Below, piece by piece: positions 35,277 to 35,710 of a DNA stretch of 35,710 nt (its first letter is position 1; the number at the start of each line of letters is the position of its first letter). The notes under the pieces were generated by a model. That model did not search any database, had not been told where the DNA came from, and saw only the letters and a list, made by a program, of their open reading frames with translations. This stretch comes from Octopus bimaculoides. Lineage: Eukaryota. Where the stretch lies: positions 13,036,110-13,071,819 of the forward strand of contig NC_069003.1 in assembly GCF_001194135.2 (NCBI RefSeq). Direction: 5' to 3'. The translations under genes and the position numbers were made by a program.

Positions 35277-35459
35277 GTGAGCAGATATAGAGGCAATTAT
35301 GCAGATAAACAAATTAAATGTAACAGTTTGCATTTGGTGTACAAAATATATGTATGTATACAGGCAAACAGAAAGAAAGCAAAGAAAATTTTCAGACAAT
35401 GATTTATATATTAATAGATCAAACTTACACAGAGCTAAAGGGGAAGAGTTAAGGTGTTA

Positions 35460-35596
35460 TAAGGGCTTCTTTCAGTTTCTGTCTACCAAATCCACTCATA
35501 AAGCTTTGGTCAACACGAAGCTGTAGTAGAAGACACTTGTCCAAAGTGCCACACAGTGGGACTGAACCCAGAACTATGTGGTTGGGAAACAAGTTA
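35460..35596 (-). mobile_element. SINE-like family A head; similar head-only copies at 284-418 (-), 3285-3430 (+), 32850-33000 (+) and 34115-34260 (+)
   Basis: Shared head sequence. Confidence 0.7.
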
Positions 35597-35628
35597 TACT
35601 TTGCATGTATACATATATATATTTTATT

Positions 35629-35664
<36 letters not shown>

Positions 35665-35710
35665 CAATTATATACTGCCAACTTAACATGACAGTCCCAT
35701 TAAGGGAATC

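Overview
AT-rich, repeat-dense animal genomic DNA with many N gaps. The microsatellite load and SINE/MITE families resemble Octopus; this is my inference from repeat style, not a database match. The only securely identified gene is HINT3 (histidine triad nucleotide-binding protein 3) on the minus strand. Three coding exons have canonical splice sites: 21861-21744, 5293-5167 (HIT motif) and 3163-3107 (stop). Splice phases require one more exon of length 3n+1, which I could not find and which may lie in an N gap. The first exon is also not visible. The rest is transposon debris: a near full-length decayed mariner, a DD37D/maT element with intact TIRs, RTE-type and RLE-type LINE fragments, hAT/piggyBac/mariner MITEs, at least four SINE-like families, minisatellites and microsatellites. 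I found no demonstrably new biological system. The best leads are: a minimal hammerhead-ribozyme-like motif beside a long intronic inverted repeat; head-to-tail SINE arrays built on (ATT)n; small plus-strand exons that splice in frame, suggesting an unannotated antisense gene; candidate microexons; and a few non-repetitive islands with short ORFs. Most long ORFs in the supplied track are artefacts of N runs or microsatellites. Repeat boundaries are approximate unless TIRs or TSDs are cited.
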